Source of the DNA: Octopus sinensis
Lineage: Eukaryota
NCBI RefSeq assembly: GCF_006345805.1
Contig: NC_042998.1
Span: forward strand, 125,116,001 to 125,180,000
DNA length: 64,000 bases
Reading direction: 5' to 3'
Shown here piece by piece: positions 51,975 to 62,203 of the stretch. The notes beneath the pieces are model-generated. The model had not been told where the DNA came from. It saw only the letters and a program-made list of their open reading frames with translations, and searched no databases. Position 1 is the stretch's first letter. Each line of letters starts with the position of its first letter. The translations under genes and the position numbers were made by a program.

Positions 51975-52265
51975 AAGACGCTTGCATCCCAGCCACATGT
52001 TTCTGGGTTCAATTCCACTGCGTGGCACTTTAGGCAAGTGCTTTCTACTATAGCCTCGGGACGACCGAAGCCTTGAGTATGAATTTGGTAGACGGAAGCT
52101 GAAAGAAGCCCGTCGTGTATATATGTACATATGTGTGTCTTTATACCTGCGTTTATCCTCCGCCACTGCTTGGCAACCAGTGTTGGTGTGTTTACGTACC
52201 CGTAACTTCAGCAAAAGAGGCTGCTTGACCAAGAACAAGGTTTAAAAAATAAGTACTGGGTCGAT
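51975..52265 (+). mobile_element. SINE family A
   Basis: GGGTTCAATTCCACTGCGTGGCACTTTAGGCAAGTG..GGTAGACGGAAGCTGAAAGAAGCCCGTCG. Confidence 0.8.
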
Positions 52266-52271
52266 ATATAA

Positions 52272-52500
52272 TAGCTTAGCGGTTAGGGTGTTGCACTCAT
52301 GATTGCGAGATCGTGGGTTCGATTCCCAGACCGGGTGTTGAGTCGTGTTTTTGAGCAAAGCATTTCATTTCTAGTTACTCTACGAACATTTCGTCATGTG
52401 GCACACGGTGCAGCAGTACAGGTAATGTCGATTTGTTGGAGGGACAAACACTTGATCACTATAAACCGATCATCCCTCATACGTCGTCTAACGACGGGAG
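52272..52500 (+). mobile_element. CORE-type SINE (family C variant)
   Basis: TAGCTTAGCGG (A box), GGTTCGATTCCC (B box), GTGTTTTTGAGCAAAGCATTTCATTTC, tail CGTCGTCTAACGACGG. Confidence 0.7.
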
Positions 52501-52754
52501 AGTTCATGATATGGATGGATGGATGGATGGATGGGAGAAGTATAGTTTAGGGAAAGAGAGGTAGTCAGAGAGGGAAAATGCGAGAGTTTAGAAAGTAGGT
52601 AGGAATGCTGCTCTATGAGGGAAGTTAAGAAGAAAGGAAGGACCAGATATGCATATGTTAAGAAAGAGTGTCTGTGTCTGAACGCGGGCATAAGGAGTGG
52701 AGATAATATGGAAGTATAGTGATAATTATTATTGGGGAGTTGGGTTGTTGGTAT

Positions 52755-53172
52755 GGATCTTTTCGGTTTGAACGGCAGTTTTTAACATAATTTCTAGGTA
52801 ACTAAAAAATTTTAAACTTCGTATACTGGTAGAATGTGTTTATAAAACATATTTTTCTCTTGGCTTTATTGAGAAAATTCTATAGTTCGTAAGATATTTG
52901 TTGTTGTTTTTTCTTCAATTTCTGCAATTTCAACCAATCACTGACGTCCATTGAGGTAAAAAAAAAAACATTCTGTGCCGTATTAATATGTCCCTCGTTT
53001 AAGAAACAGATTGGGTTTATTTACATTTGTGAAGAAAAAAAAGATACCCTTCTCCCCACCCCTAACCCTAAAACAGATTGAAATGCAATAGATCGATACT
53101 AGGGTCATAATTATGGGTGACAATTTCATATGACACTGCTAGAAAAAACTGCCGTTCAAACCGAAAAGATCC
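52755..53172. mobile_element. 418-bp MITE with perfect 29-bp TIRs and 8-bp TSD (Merlin- or hAT-type)
   Basis: TIR GGATCTTTTCGGTTTGAACGGCAGTTTTT. TSD GTTGGTAT at 52747-52754 and 53173-53180. Confidence 0.93.
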
Positions 53173-53989
53173 GTTGGTATATGTATGTAATCATTAAGGG
53201 GTAGCGTGAAAGTGCGTACGTGAGGAGGAGAGAGTGTTTGACATCGTGAGGGAATAATACAGCACATAGAATGGTAAGAGCAAATTTGAAGGTGTTGTAG
53301 ATATGGAACAAGTATGGAACGAAAGTGCTTAGGGTGGGGAAATATTTTTCAACGATGAGAAAATATTTAAACTAAAATTTGAAAATGAGAAAAAAATGTT
53401 TGAATTCGATAAAGAAAAGAAAGTCAAAGAAATCGGTAACAATTGCACAACTATGATAAAAGGCCGAAAAAAGTTGGTGAAGCGCCCAGAAGATGGTGAG
53501 AAAATGTTAAGATCCACGAAGGAGAAGGAATAACAGTAATGCAGAAAGTGAAAAGCCAGACGTAGCATTGAAAAAAAATGAAAGAAAGTGGGAGAGGAAA
53601 TTATAGGTTTTTTGGGGTTTTTCTCTTTTTTTCAAAAAAAATATAATAATTAGCAAAGTGAGTGAAGCAGCAAGAGAAATATAGTGTGCGTTGTTAGAAA
53701 GCTAAAGAATAACGATGGAGTAGACGTGACAGGTGGAAGGGACAAAAGAATAGTGTGATTCAATGCTGTCAACCAACGGAAGTGCTGAAGTGTAGAAGAC
53801 TGATGTGTGAATATCGGAAAATCGGAAGCCAGTTTTCCCGATATAAATCAAATTTTGTGTGTGTGTGCGTGTGGGTGTGCGTGTGTGTGTGTGTATGCTT
53901 TAATTTGAGATTTAATGGCATACAGCGCTGCATTTTTGAAATCCTAAACTGAGATTTACGCAGTTCTATTTTTAAGAGAGGAGGAATTA

Positions 53990-54125
53990 TGTACATTATT
54001 TACATTATTTACATTTGACGGATATTTGTCTTCATCTTGTTTGTTGTTAACACAACGTTTCAGCTGATATACCCTCCAGCCTTCATCAAGTGTCTGGGTT
54101 CTCATTCCTAAGGTATTTTTCGATG
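53990..54125 (-). mobile_element. 3' module of element E (PLE-like tail with hammerhead)
   Basis: Minus strand: (AAT)n-CATCGAAAAATACC..HHR..AACAACAAACAAGATGAAGACAAATATCCGTCAAATGTAAAT-(AATGTAAAT)n. The tail matches 60870-60911. Confidence 0.7.
54049..54094 (-). ncRNA. Minimal type I hammerhead with C3U core change
   Basis: GACAC-UUGAUGA-A-GGCUG-loop-CAGCU-GAAAC-GUU-GUGUU, with palindromic AACGUU stem III. Confidence 0.68.
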
Positions 54126-54171
54126 TTATTATCATTATTATTATTATTATTATTATTATATTATTATTATT

Positions 54172-54722
54172 GAGTGAGAGAGCAGTGCATGTCATCAAAG
54201 TGACACTGGGGTAAAATATACAAAGTCCAGTATACCCATTATGACTACCCGTCTGATAAGGGTACACTAGGCACATGCATCACAACCATGTGTGCGCGAC
54301 ATGATCTCATATCAAGATAAACAGCACATGAACTTGCAGGTGGGACCCAGTCAGAATTTTCTTCTGGTCGAGTAACCCATGCCGCTCAAAAGGTCCCTGA
54401 ATAAGGGTTGTTTAAGGATGTTGAACGAAACACCCATGTTTCCAGAGGTGAATTATTCAAACCCCAAAGAATCCCTCACAACACATGGCTATGATGCTCC
54501 CCCACTACTTCTGCTTGTCATCAGAGATGCACATATCGTCAGCCACTAAAGGATATGCTCAACTGGTTAAGGTCAAACAACTGACAAGCAAGTCTGTGGT
54601 ATTGAGCAGAATATTTGCTGTAGCCCGTCTTTTATACCAAGACAAACCAATGTACATGAGAACACTTCCAATCAGTTAAGATCAGAAGCCACGAGAGCCA
54701 CTGCCTGGTACTGCATCAGGGC
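54172..54722. mobile_element. Element family D (uninterrupted, inverted relative to 41771), flanked by (ATT)n
   Basis: Reverse-complement match to 41771-41924 plus 42172-42570. Confidence 0.85.
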
Positions 54723-54793
<71 letters not shown>

Positions 54794-55025
54794 CTTCCGA
54801 CGCCGATGGACGTACGTGAATCAGCTCCGTGAATTTGACACCAATTTCATTGGAAATCTATTGTTAGGTTTGAATATTTTTTAATATTTTTGTAGCCAAA
54901 CCGACCGGCTTCTTGCGGAGCTCGTCGGTTGGGCGAAATTTTGCCCCATTCGGGGTGAAATTGCGTTTGAAAATTTTGAACATTTGACATTTTTCAACAT
55001 TTTGAATATTACAACAAAAAAAAAC

Positions 55026-55724
55026 ATGGCTATGAAGCGAACAGTTGGCTGTTCCTTCCTTCAAGATACACTCCCTCCCTCCGCAACACACACAACTCGT
55101 ACAAAACACCCACTTCACGCCTTAAAAGGCAACAAAGATTCTCCTTCCGAACCGCAGAGCACGAGCTCCGTTCAAAAGGAGAATGCAAGCCAGGACGTCG
55201 CGTTCGACGTAATTCTCGATTTTCCCCCTCTGCCTTCACCTAATGCTTTGGTACGGAAGGAGGAGGAAAAAACAACAAATACAAACATCATCACAAACAT
55301 TGACACGGAGATAAAAGAAAAAACTTCCAACAATTTTGCTTCTGCTGCGAAGCAAATTTCGGAGGAAGTTAAGATAACTCTAGAAGATGTGAAAAGAGCG
55401 AAGGAATTGTTAAGGAAGGATGGCAATGGTATCTTCCTCAATACTCCACAAGAGGTGATTGAAAGCACCAACAAGCAAACAATAATTTACAAAGATTTCG
55501 ACAGAAAACTAAAAAGAATAACAAATGCCACACCCCAACAGTTGGAGATAGCTCTAAAGCCCATTTGGGCCCAAAAGAGCTACGTAACCAAGAGGAAGCG
55601 TTTTGGAACCGTGGAGGTTCGCTTCCCAACAGAGGAGCTGGCAAGGGCGAACGCCATTTCGCCCTTGCAAACTGAGAATTTGTTACTAATTCCAACCCAC
55701 CTCGGGCGAAGAGTAACAAAATAA
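55026..55724 (+). CDS. Tx1 ORF1, N-terminal part (frameshift at ~55720)
   Basis: MAMKRT...RFGTVEVRFPTEELA (RRM-like). Restoring one A in the AAAA run gives VTKIKIDLVPPELNMSW, which joins the next ORF. Confidence 0.75.
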   Translation: MAMKRTVGCSFLQDTLPPSATHTTRTKHPLHALKGNKDSPSEPQSTSSVQKENASQDVAFDVILDFPPLPSPNALVRKEEEKTTNTNIITNIDTEIKEKTSNNFASAAKQISEEVKITLEDVKRAKELLRKDGNGIFLNTPQEVIESTNKQTIIYKDFDRKLKRITNATPQQLEIALKPIWAQKSYVTKRKRFGTVEVRFPTEELARANAISPLQTENLLLIPTHLGRRVTK

Positions 55725-55753
55725 AAATCGACCTCGTCCCCCCTGAGCTAAAT

Positions 55754-56051
55754 ATGTCATGGCTGGTGGCAGCTGTCCTCTATGATATAGAGGACACTAC
55801 CACCATTCTAGATGTCAGGAGAGTGAGGGCGAAAAACTGGTTGGGGATGGGAGTGCTGCTTCTTGCGCAAATTCAGCAAGAGAATATAAGTAAAGTCCCT
55901 GATTTCGTAAGTTTGCCGGACGGCACCAGGCTAAACGTTGCTGTGGAGGGGCGAAAGCCAAAATGTTTTCTCTGCAGCAGCGAAAGCCACTTAAAGAGGG
56001 ACTGTCCCATTCACAAAAAGAGGATGGAGGCTTTCAGCAAGAGGCAGCAGC

Positions 56052-56091
<40 letters not shown>

Positions 56092-56911
56092 CAAGCAACA
56101 ACAACAGAAACAACAAAAACAGCAAGAAACACCAAAGGCTGCCACACCACCAACACCATCACCAACACCAGCACCAAGACGAACAACACCACCTCCAACA
56201 ACAACAACCACCACCAAACCAACACCGACAACCACCAGCAAACCAACACCGACACCAGTACCTCGAAGGTCGACAGCAGCGACATCAACAGTAACAGGAG
56301 CAGCGGCACCACCGATACCGGCGGAAACAAAAACTTTTCGTCCTGCTACTGAAGCAGACCCCTCAACCATTCCTTTGCCGGATGAAGAGATCTCGGATTG
56401 TGCGAGCTCTGATTCCAACAAAGGAGAATGGAACATAGTACCTCCAAAAAAGAAAAGGAGGAAAAAACAAAAAGATTTACAGGGGAAGCACGAACAAACA
56501 GTACTTCCCACATCAACAACAACATCAACAACAACACACACTCACAACAACAACAACAACAACACACTTTCGACACCACTACTGCCACTACCACAGACAC
56601 AAACAAACACAGACACAATTACAGACACGATTACAGCAGTGAATACAAGAAACCAGGAACTGGTTGAGTATTTGAAAAACAAAACAAGCACAAACATTAC
56701 AGATTTCATAATACCTACACACAACACACCACCAGCACACATTCTCACAATAAAAATAAACAAAACAGTTTACAACGAAATAAAACAAATATTCCCTAAC
56801 GATGTGGGATCGTTAGGGAAAAGTTTCTCTCAGAAACTTTACAAAAATATTATTGAAGCACCCGTGCAAAAGCACAAGGGAGCCACCCCCACCACCAACA
56901 ACAGTAAGTAG
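55754..56911 (+). CDS. Tx1 ORF1, C-terminal part (CCHC zinc knuckle, polyQ, Thr/Pro-rich, basic patch)
   Basis: VAVEGRKPKCFLCSSESHLKRDCP (CX2CX4HX4C), EWNIVPPKKKRRKK. Confidence 0.85.
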
Positions 56912-56949
56912 AGCCTTTTTTCTCCTTTTTTTTCCCTAACTTTTGAAAC

Positions 56950-58545
56950 ATGGCAAATCTTAGAATCGGTTGCTTGAATGTGAGAGGCCTCGGGTCACCT
57001 TGGAAACAGGGTCACCTGTTAAACGACCTGAGGTTTCATGATGTGGATGTAGCAGCCATCAGTGAAACCAGGCTCTCCGACCCGCAGGAACTCGCAGCCC
57101 TTTTCGGCGGATACGAGATATTTCTATCTCCGTGTCGGCCGGGAGCGGGCGGTGGTGGTACTGCGGTGTTGTTTCGGAAGGGCCTGGACCTGAAAATAAG
57201 GACAGTCTTCTTGGATCCGGAAGGTAAGTTGGTGGTCCTCGACGTGGACGGTAGTGACGGCGGTGCTTTCAGACTGCTGGCTGCCTACGCTCCGACAGGA
57301 GCAGGGCAGTCGGATTATTTCAAACGTCTGGAAGTTTTCCTGGGAACGTCACGCACTCTAGTACTAGTTGGGGATTGGAACGCTGTCTTAGACGAACGTT
57401 TCGATCGGGTGGGCAGGGGAGCGTCTGATAGGAGAGGGGGAGGGTGCAAGAGCCTCGCCAACCTACTCGGCCGCTTTCAGCTGTCCGACAGGTTTCGACT
57501 AGACAACCCGAATGTGCCAATGTGGACTTGGACAAACCGCATCGGGTCGTCTAGATCGTACTTAGATAGAGTGTTTTGTAGGCCAGCGGATAAGGACAGC
57601 GTAGGGTGTCCACAATTCCACCTAGTCGAATATACGGACCACAAATTAGTGATCTGTACGGTCGACTTAGATAGGCTACATAGACAGGGACCCGGCTACT
57701 GGAAGCTGAACGCGTCGTTAACGGCGTGCAAAGCTTACAGAGACCGGATTAGTTTACTAGTTAAGCGGGCGCTCACGGGGGCAATCATCAACAACAACTG
57801 GTGGTTTGCCCTCAAGAGAGCAATTAGAGTAGAGTCGATTAGGTATAGTAAGACTCTAGCTATTGAACGTAGGAAGAGAGAGCGGGATTTAGTTAAGAAA
57901 CTAGACGAGGCTCTTGACACTGGCATCGCGACCGACGTGTTGGCGGCAAGGTTGGCCCTCGACCAACACTTCGACGCCAAACACGAAGGCTGCGTTGTCA
58001 GAGCTAAGGCACGTTCGCTAAGCGGGGAGGGGACTAGAGCCGCTCGATGGGCCCGCGTGGCGGAGGCGAAGCGAGGCAACAGAGCAACCATTCGGTCTTT
58101 GGTGGACCAGAACGGGCGCGAGGTTACCCAACCGAAGCAGATGTGTACGGTGCTTCAGCGGCACTTTGCTCAACTGTTTGGGACGAGCGGTGGAACGGAC
58201 ACCAACGGTACAGACTTCGGTGTGTACCTGGACGGACTGCCGCAACTCTCGGACAGCGAGGCAGAGTGCTGCGAAGGACCGATATCTGCCTGGGAAGTAC
58301 AGGAAGCGATGAAGAGTTGCACGAGAGGTAGATCGCCGGGTTTGGATGGTCTGCCCTACGAGCTTTACTTTTCAATGCCAGACTTGTTTGCGGACCTGTT
58401 GGCAAACGTCTACTGCAACTGGCAGCAAAACGGGAGAATTCCTGCTTTTGTCTGTCGAGGGGTGGTGGCTTTGCTAAAGAAGGACCCAAACAAGGGGGAC
58501 GTTATAGGGAATTCCGGCCCATCACTCTGCTCAATGCAGAGTTGA
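56950..58545 (+). CDS. Tx1 ORF2, APE endonuclease and linker (frameshift at ~58512)
   Basis: CLNVRGL, ISET, GGGGTAVL, YAP, GDWN, SYLDRVF, TDHK, PGYWKLN, SPGLDGLPYELY. Confidence 0.93.
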   Translation: MANLRIGCLNVRGLGSPWKQGHLLNDLRFHDVDVAAISETRLSDPQELAALFGGYEIFLSPCRPGAGGGGTAVLFRKGLDLKIRTVFLDPEGKLVVLDVDGSDGGAFRLLAAYAPTGAGQSDYFKRLEVFLGTSRTLVLVGDWNAVLDERFDRVGRGASDRRGGGCKSLANLLGRFQLSDRFRLDNPNVPMWTWTNRIGSSRSYLDRVFCRPADKDSVGCPQFHLVEYTDHKLVICTVDLDRLHRQGPGYWKLNASLTACKAYRDRISLLVKRALTGAIINNNWWFALKRAIRVESIRYSKTLAIERRKRERDLVKKLDEALDTGIATDVLAARLALDQHFDAKHEGCVVRAKARSLSGEGTRAARWARVAEAKRGNRATIRSLVDQNGREVTQPKQMCTVLQRHFAQLFGTSGGTDTNGTDFGVYLDGLPQLSDSEAECCEGPISAWEVQEAMKSCTRGRSPGLDGLPYELYFSMPDLFADLLANVYCNWQQNGRIPAFVCRGVVALLKKDPNKGDVIGNSGPSLCSMQS

Positions 58546-60383
58546 AGATTTTGGCCAAGGTGCTAGCCAAGAGATTGGCGCTTGTCGTGGACAAGCTGGT
58601 CGGCGAGACGCAGACATGCGCCGTGCCGACCAGGTCGATACACGACAACCTCCATCTCATGCGCTACATCATAGAGAGGGTGGGTAACGACGCTGGCGCG
58701 GGTGGGGCTTTGATCAACTTGGATCAGAGTAAAGCCTTCGATAGGGTCGACCATCGGTACCTGGCAGCTGTCCTCAGGGCAGCCGGCTTCGGTCCAGTCT
58801 TCCGCGGGTGGATCGCTGCTTTATACAGCAACATCTGCTCAGTGATGCGGGTGAACGGTCACCTTTCGGAACCGTTCGACATCTCGCGTTCGGTCCGCCA
58901 AGGATGCCCTCTCTCCTCCCTCTTGTACATTTTGACTCTCGAGCCATTACTGCGCAAGTTGGAGGCTTTGAGGGGTATCCCGCGCGATCTAGGAGGCGGA
59001 AACAGCGTGTCTGCTTATGCCGACGACGTCACCGTGGTGGTGTCGAGCCACAGGCACATTGGCCTGATTGGCGAGACGCTAAACCAGTACGAAGCGGTGA
59101 CAGGGGCAAAGATTAACGCGGAAAAGTCTGTGGGCTTGCAACTGGGCACCTGGAGAGGCAAGCCCATGCCGTCCAACAGCGTCGTAGGGCGCTGGACAGA
59201 CGGACCCGTTAAACTGCTCGGGGTCTGGTTCGGTCCGGACCTCCAGGTGGATAAGAACTGGGAAGAGGTGACGAGCAGGGTGGCACGTCACACCCAGAAA
59301 TGGGCCGAGAGGAAGCTGTCCCTGAAAGGTCGAGCGGAGGTGGCGAATGCGTACATCGCATCCGTCATCTATTACCGCTTGACCGTCGTCCCTTGTCCCG
59401 ACCGCTGGTTGGCCAAGCTGGTACGTCTGCTCTTCGACTTTTTGTGGAAGGGTCAGGTGCCACTGGTCAGGCGATCCATCTGCTGTCAACGACCGCTGAA
59501 CGGAGGCCTTGGAATGCCGTGGTTGCTGTTGCGCAGACATGCGCTCAGGCTGCGGCATCTCAAGCGCTTCCTAGACGGTGAACAGGTGTGGTCGTCTTTT
59601 GTCAGACGCGATTTTCCGCAGCTCGTCTCTTTGACGGAGCTGCAGACCTGGATCAAACGTAGACCGAGAAAGGGCGCTTGGCACCTCGAGTGCCGTCAAG
59701 CCCTCTCCGCCCTCCGTCAGGCGGGCAATGCGATCGGTTACAGCTCCACTCTAGCGTTCTATAGAGGGTTAGTGGAGGAAAAATGCGACGACGTTCTCGG
59801 GGAAACTCTAGGCGTTGAAGATGACGAACTGTGCGGTCTGTTCGGGAGGACTTTCGGACCGGGGCCGATGGATAATTTCCAGAGGTCTCTCGCCTGGCAG
59901 TGCTACCGAGGGGCTCTGCCTGTTCGAGATAAACTCTACCGGCACGGAAGTGCCGTCAGCCGGGCCTGCCCGAGGTGTTGCCAGGACGACGAAACCGTCC
60001 TGCACGCACTCGTCCAGTGCCCGAGTATTGCTGAAATATGGGTTTATGTCGAACAGCTACTGTCACGTGTAGGACGGATCCGACTATCGGCCGAATCCAT
60101 AGTGAAGATTGCCCCACCGACCTCCCTTAACAAGGAGGGCGAGGCCGTTTTCTTGTGCCTAGTGGCTGTGGCGAAAGAGGTGGTGTGGTGGACTCGTTTG
60201 AAAGGGCTAAAGTCAGACACTTTCCTCTTTGGTCAAGGCCTCATCAACTTTTTCAAGTTTCACTTGAAAAGGAAAATGAGGTTAGAGAGGAAAGTGCTGT
60301 CCAATAGCAAGTTTTATGAAAGGTGGGTGAATTGTGCGAGACTGGCCTGTATAAATGGACCAGTTCTCAGGTTTCGCCTGTGA
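58542..60383 (+). CDS. Tx1 ORF2, reverse transcriptase and C-terminal zinc finger
   Basis: KILAKVLA, LDQSKAFDRVDH, RQGCPLS, YADD, KINAEKS, KLLGV, GGLGMP, CPRC..ETVLHALVQC. Confidence 0.95.
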   Translation: MKILAKVLAKRLALVVDKLVGETQTCAVPTRSIHDNLHLMRYIIERVGNDAGAGGALINLDQSKAFDRVDHRYLAAVLRAAGFGPVFRGWIAALYSNICSVMRVNGHLSEPFDISRSVRQGCPLSSLLYILTLEPLLRKLEALRGIPRDLGGGNSVSAYADDVTVVVSSHRHIGLIGETLNQYEAVTGAKINAEKSVGLQLGTWRGKPMPSNSVVGRWTDGPVKLLGVWFGPDLQVDKNWEEVTSRVARHTQKWAERKLSLKGRAEVANAYIASVIYYRLTVVPCPDRWLAKLVRLLFDFLWKGQVPLVRRSICCQRPLNGGLGMPWLLLRRHALRLRHLKRFLDGEQVWSSFVRRDFPQLVSLTELQTWIKRRPRKGAWHLECRQALSALRQAGNAIGYSSTLAFYRGLVEEKCDDVLGETLGVEDDELCGLFGRTFGPGPMDNFQRSLAWQCYRGALPVRDKLYRHGSAVSRACPRCCQDDETVLHALVQCPSIAEIWVYVEQLLSRVGRIRLSAESIVKIAPPTSLNKEGEAVFLCLVAVAKEVVWWTRLKGLKSDTFLFGQGLINFFKFHLKRKMRLERKVLSNSKFYERWVNCARLACINGPVLRFRL

Positions 60384-60663
60384 TTTCAAAGAAAAAGGTA
60401 ATGTAAAAGGAGAAGAAAGGGGACTCTCTACACCCCCTTTTTTTGACCAGGCTCCCGTTGGCTTTTGTAGGGTTTTTTCCACCAGGAACCTTTCGAGACG
60501 TCTCCCCCTTTTGGGAGTTTTTCATTGTTTTAATAATCATTGCTTTAAAGTTTTTTACACGGATTTTTTAACAAACGGACAAAACCCTTTGTAACCTTTC
60601 GTCCTGTCTTGTCCCTTTATGTAATCATGCGTGTCAGCCCTTGTGGCCAATAAAAAAGAATTG

Positions 60664-60708
<45 letters not shown>

Positions 60709-60752
60709 GTTATTATTATTTTTATTATTATTATTATTATTATTCAGGCCAT

Positions 60753-60823
60753 GGGCATGTGGCGTAGTGGTTAAGAGCGCGGGCTACTAACCCCAAGATT
60801 CAGAGTTCGATTCCAGGCAGTGA

Positions 60824-60855
<32 letters not shown>

Positions 60856-60911
60856 CTAATAATAACAATAACAACAAACAAGATGAGGATAAATATCCGT
60901 AAAATGTAAAT
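60753..60911 (+). mobile_element. Element E: tRNA-like Pol III head + (AAT)n + shortened tail
   Basis: A box TGGCGTAGTGG (60760-60770), B box GTTCGATTC (60805-60813), (AAT)n, then AACAACAAACAAGATGAGGATAAATATCCGTAAAATGTAAAT. Confidence 0.75.
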
Positions 60912-61813
60912 TACTGAGATTTACAGTGAAACATTAAAAAAAATGTTGCTTCTTTGATAACGAGTATTGGACGGGCCAGATTTGCTTCAACACTGATATA
61001 CACCAAAATATGTGTTATCCTTTTTTATAGACTTAATCAACTTTCTCCCAATAACCTTGAATATTTAAGATATACCAACTCATATTTAGACTATTCATGT
61101 ATTGAACACAAAGCAGCAGCTATGAGGAAATTTAATTGTTTATTTCATATATTTACGTTCAAATCTGTGAGACCTAGAGGTGAATCCATGGGCTGCATAT
61201 TTGATTCTTTATCTTATATGTATACCTTTATACATATCTATACTGCATATTAGGCAGTGTATTCGACTAGCAACCAGCAATCAGATTCAATTTCAACGCT
61301 TAAACAAACTTGTTTCTCAATGCGCAGACATTTGATACACACATTTTTAGACCTATGCTGTAGGAACCGATAAAGTGACTGCACAAATACGATGCAGAAT
61401 GTATCTATATGACTCCTGTAAGCAGTCCAGTTGCTTTCAAACATATTACATTTGGTGCTCGTGCTTTTTTTCTTATAATATGCACAGATCTTGAAAAAAA
61501 GTAGCATGCATTGCTGAAAAACTGACATTTGATTACGTATCCTTCATTTTATATCATGCAACATCATGCAACTTCCCCAACAGTGCATTCATTCCAGATT
61601 CGAAGATTTTCTCCCAAAGTACCACCGTCATATGTAGCTTTGAATATATCCTTAACTTATTCGGTATTATTAATCAATTCACTTGATATGATGAACTAAA
61701 ATTCTTGAAGGCGAAATTTCAGTATAAATCTCTAATATATACTACATACATGTATGTATATACATATATGTATGTATGTACGTATGTATGTGGTATATAT
61801 TAGATAGTACACA

Positions 61814-61860
<47 letters not shown>

Positions 61861-62131
61861 ATGTGTGTGTACATATATATATATATATTTAATGTATTTG
61901 ATATATATATATATACATATATATATATGTATATATATTTAATGTATTATTATTATTCACTTTTTATCAAATATTTTTATATAACTATACATATTTGTAT
62001 TGTATGTTATATTTTACATATATATATTTGTATTCTATGATTGTATATATATCAAATTTATATATACTATATAGGTAGATAGATAGATGATATACATAAT
62101 ATATGTATGACATGTATACATATATATGCGC

Positions 62132-62203
<72 letters not shown>

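Larger units (their letters stand above)
54793..60661 (+). mobile_element. Near-intact Tx1/L1-clade non-LTR retrotransposon (~5.87 kb) inserted in (TTA)n
   Basis: 5'UTR, gag-like ORF1, APE-RT-zinc finger ORF2, and a 3'UTR ending AATAAAAAAGAA. (TTA)n at 54724-54792 and 60663-60743. Confidence 0.95.

Noticed and set aside
53059-53072. CCCTAACCCTAA as an interstitial telomere repeat
   Set aside because: Only two units, lying inside a MITE.
57320-60072. Antisense and alternate-frame ORFs overlapping Tx1 ORF2 (e.g. 59079-59558, 58124-58489)
   Set aside because: Expected by-products of a GC-rich coding sequence, with no independent motifs.
60753-60826. Functional tRNA gene
   Set aside because: A and B boxes are present, but the anticodon stem is mismatched, no convincing acceptor stem forms, and it runs into (AAT)n plus a repeat tail. 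It is a SINE-type head.
61250-61528. 92-aa minus-strand ORF (and 63435-63635) as a host gene
   Set aside because: No recognisable domain or splice context, and the length is within chance range.
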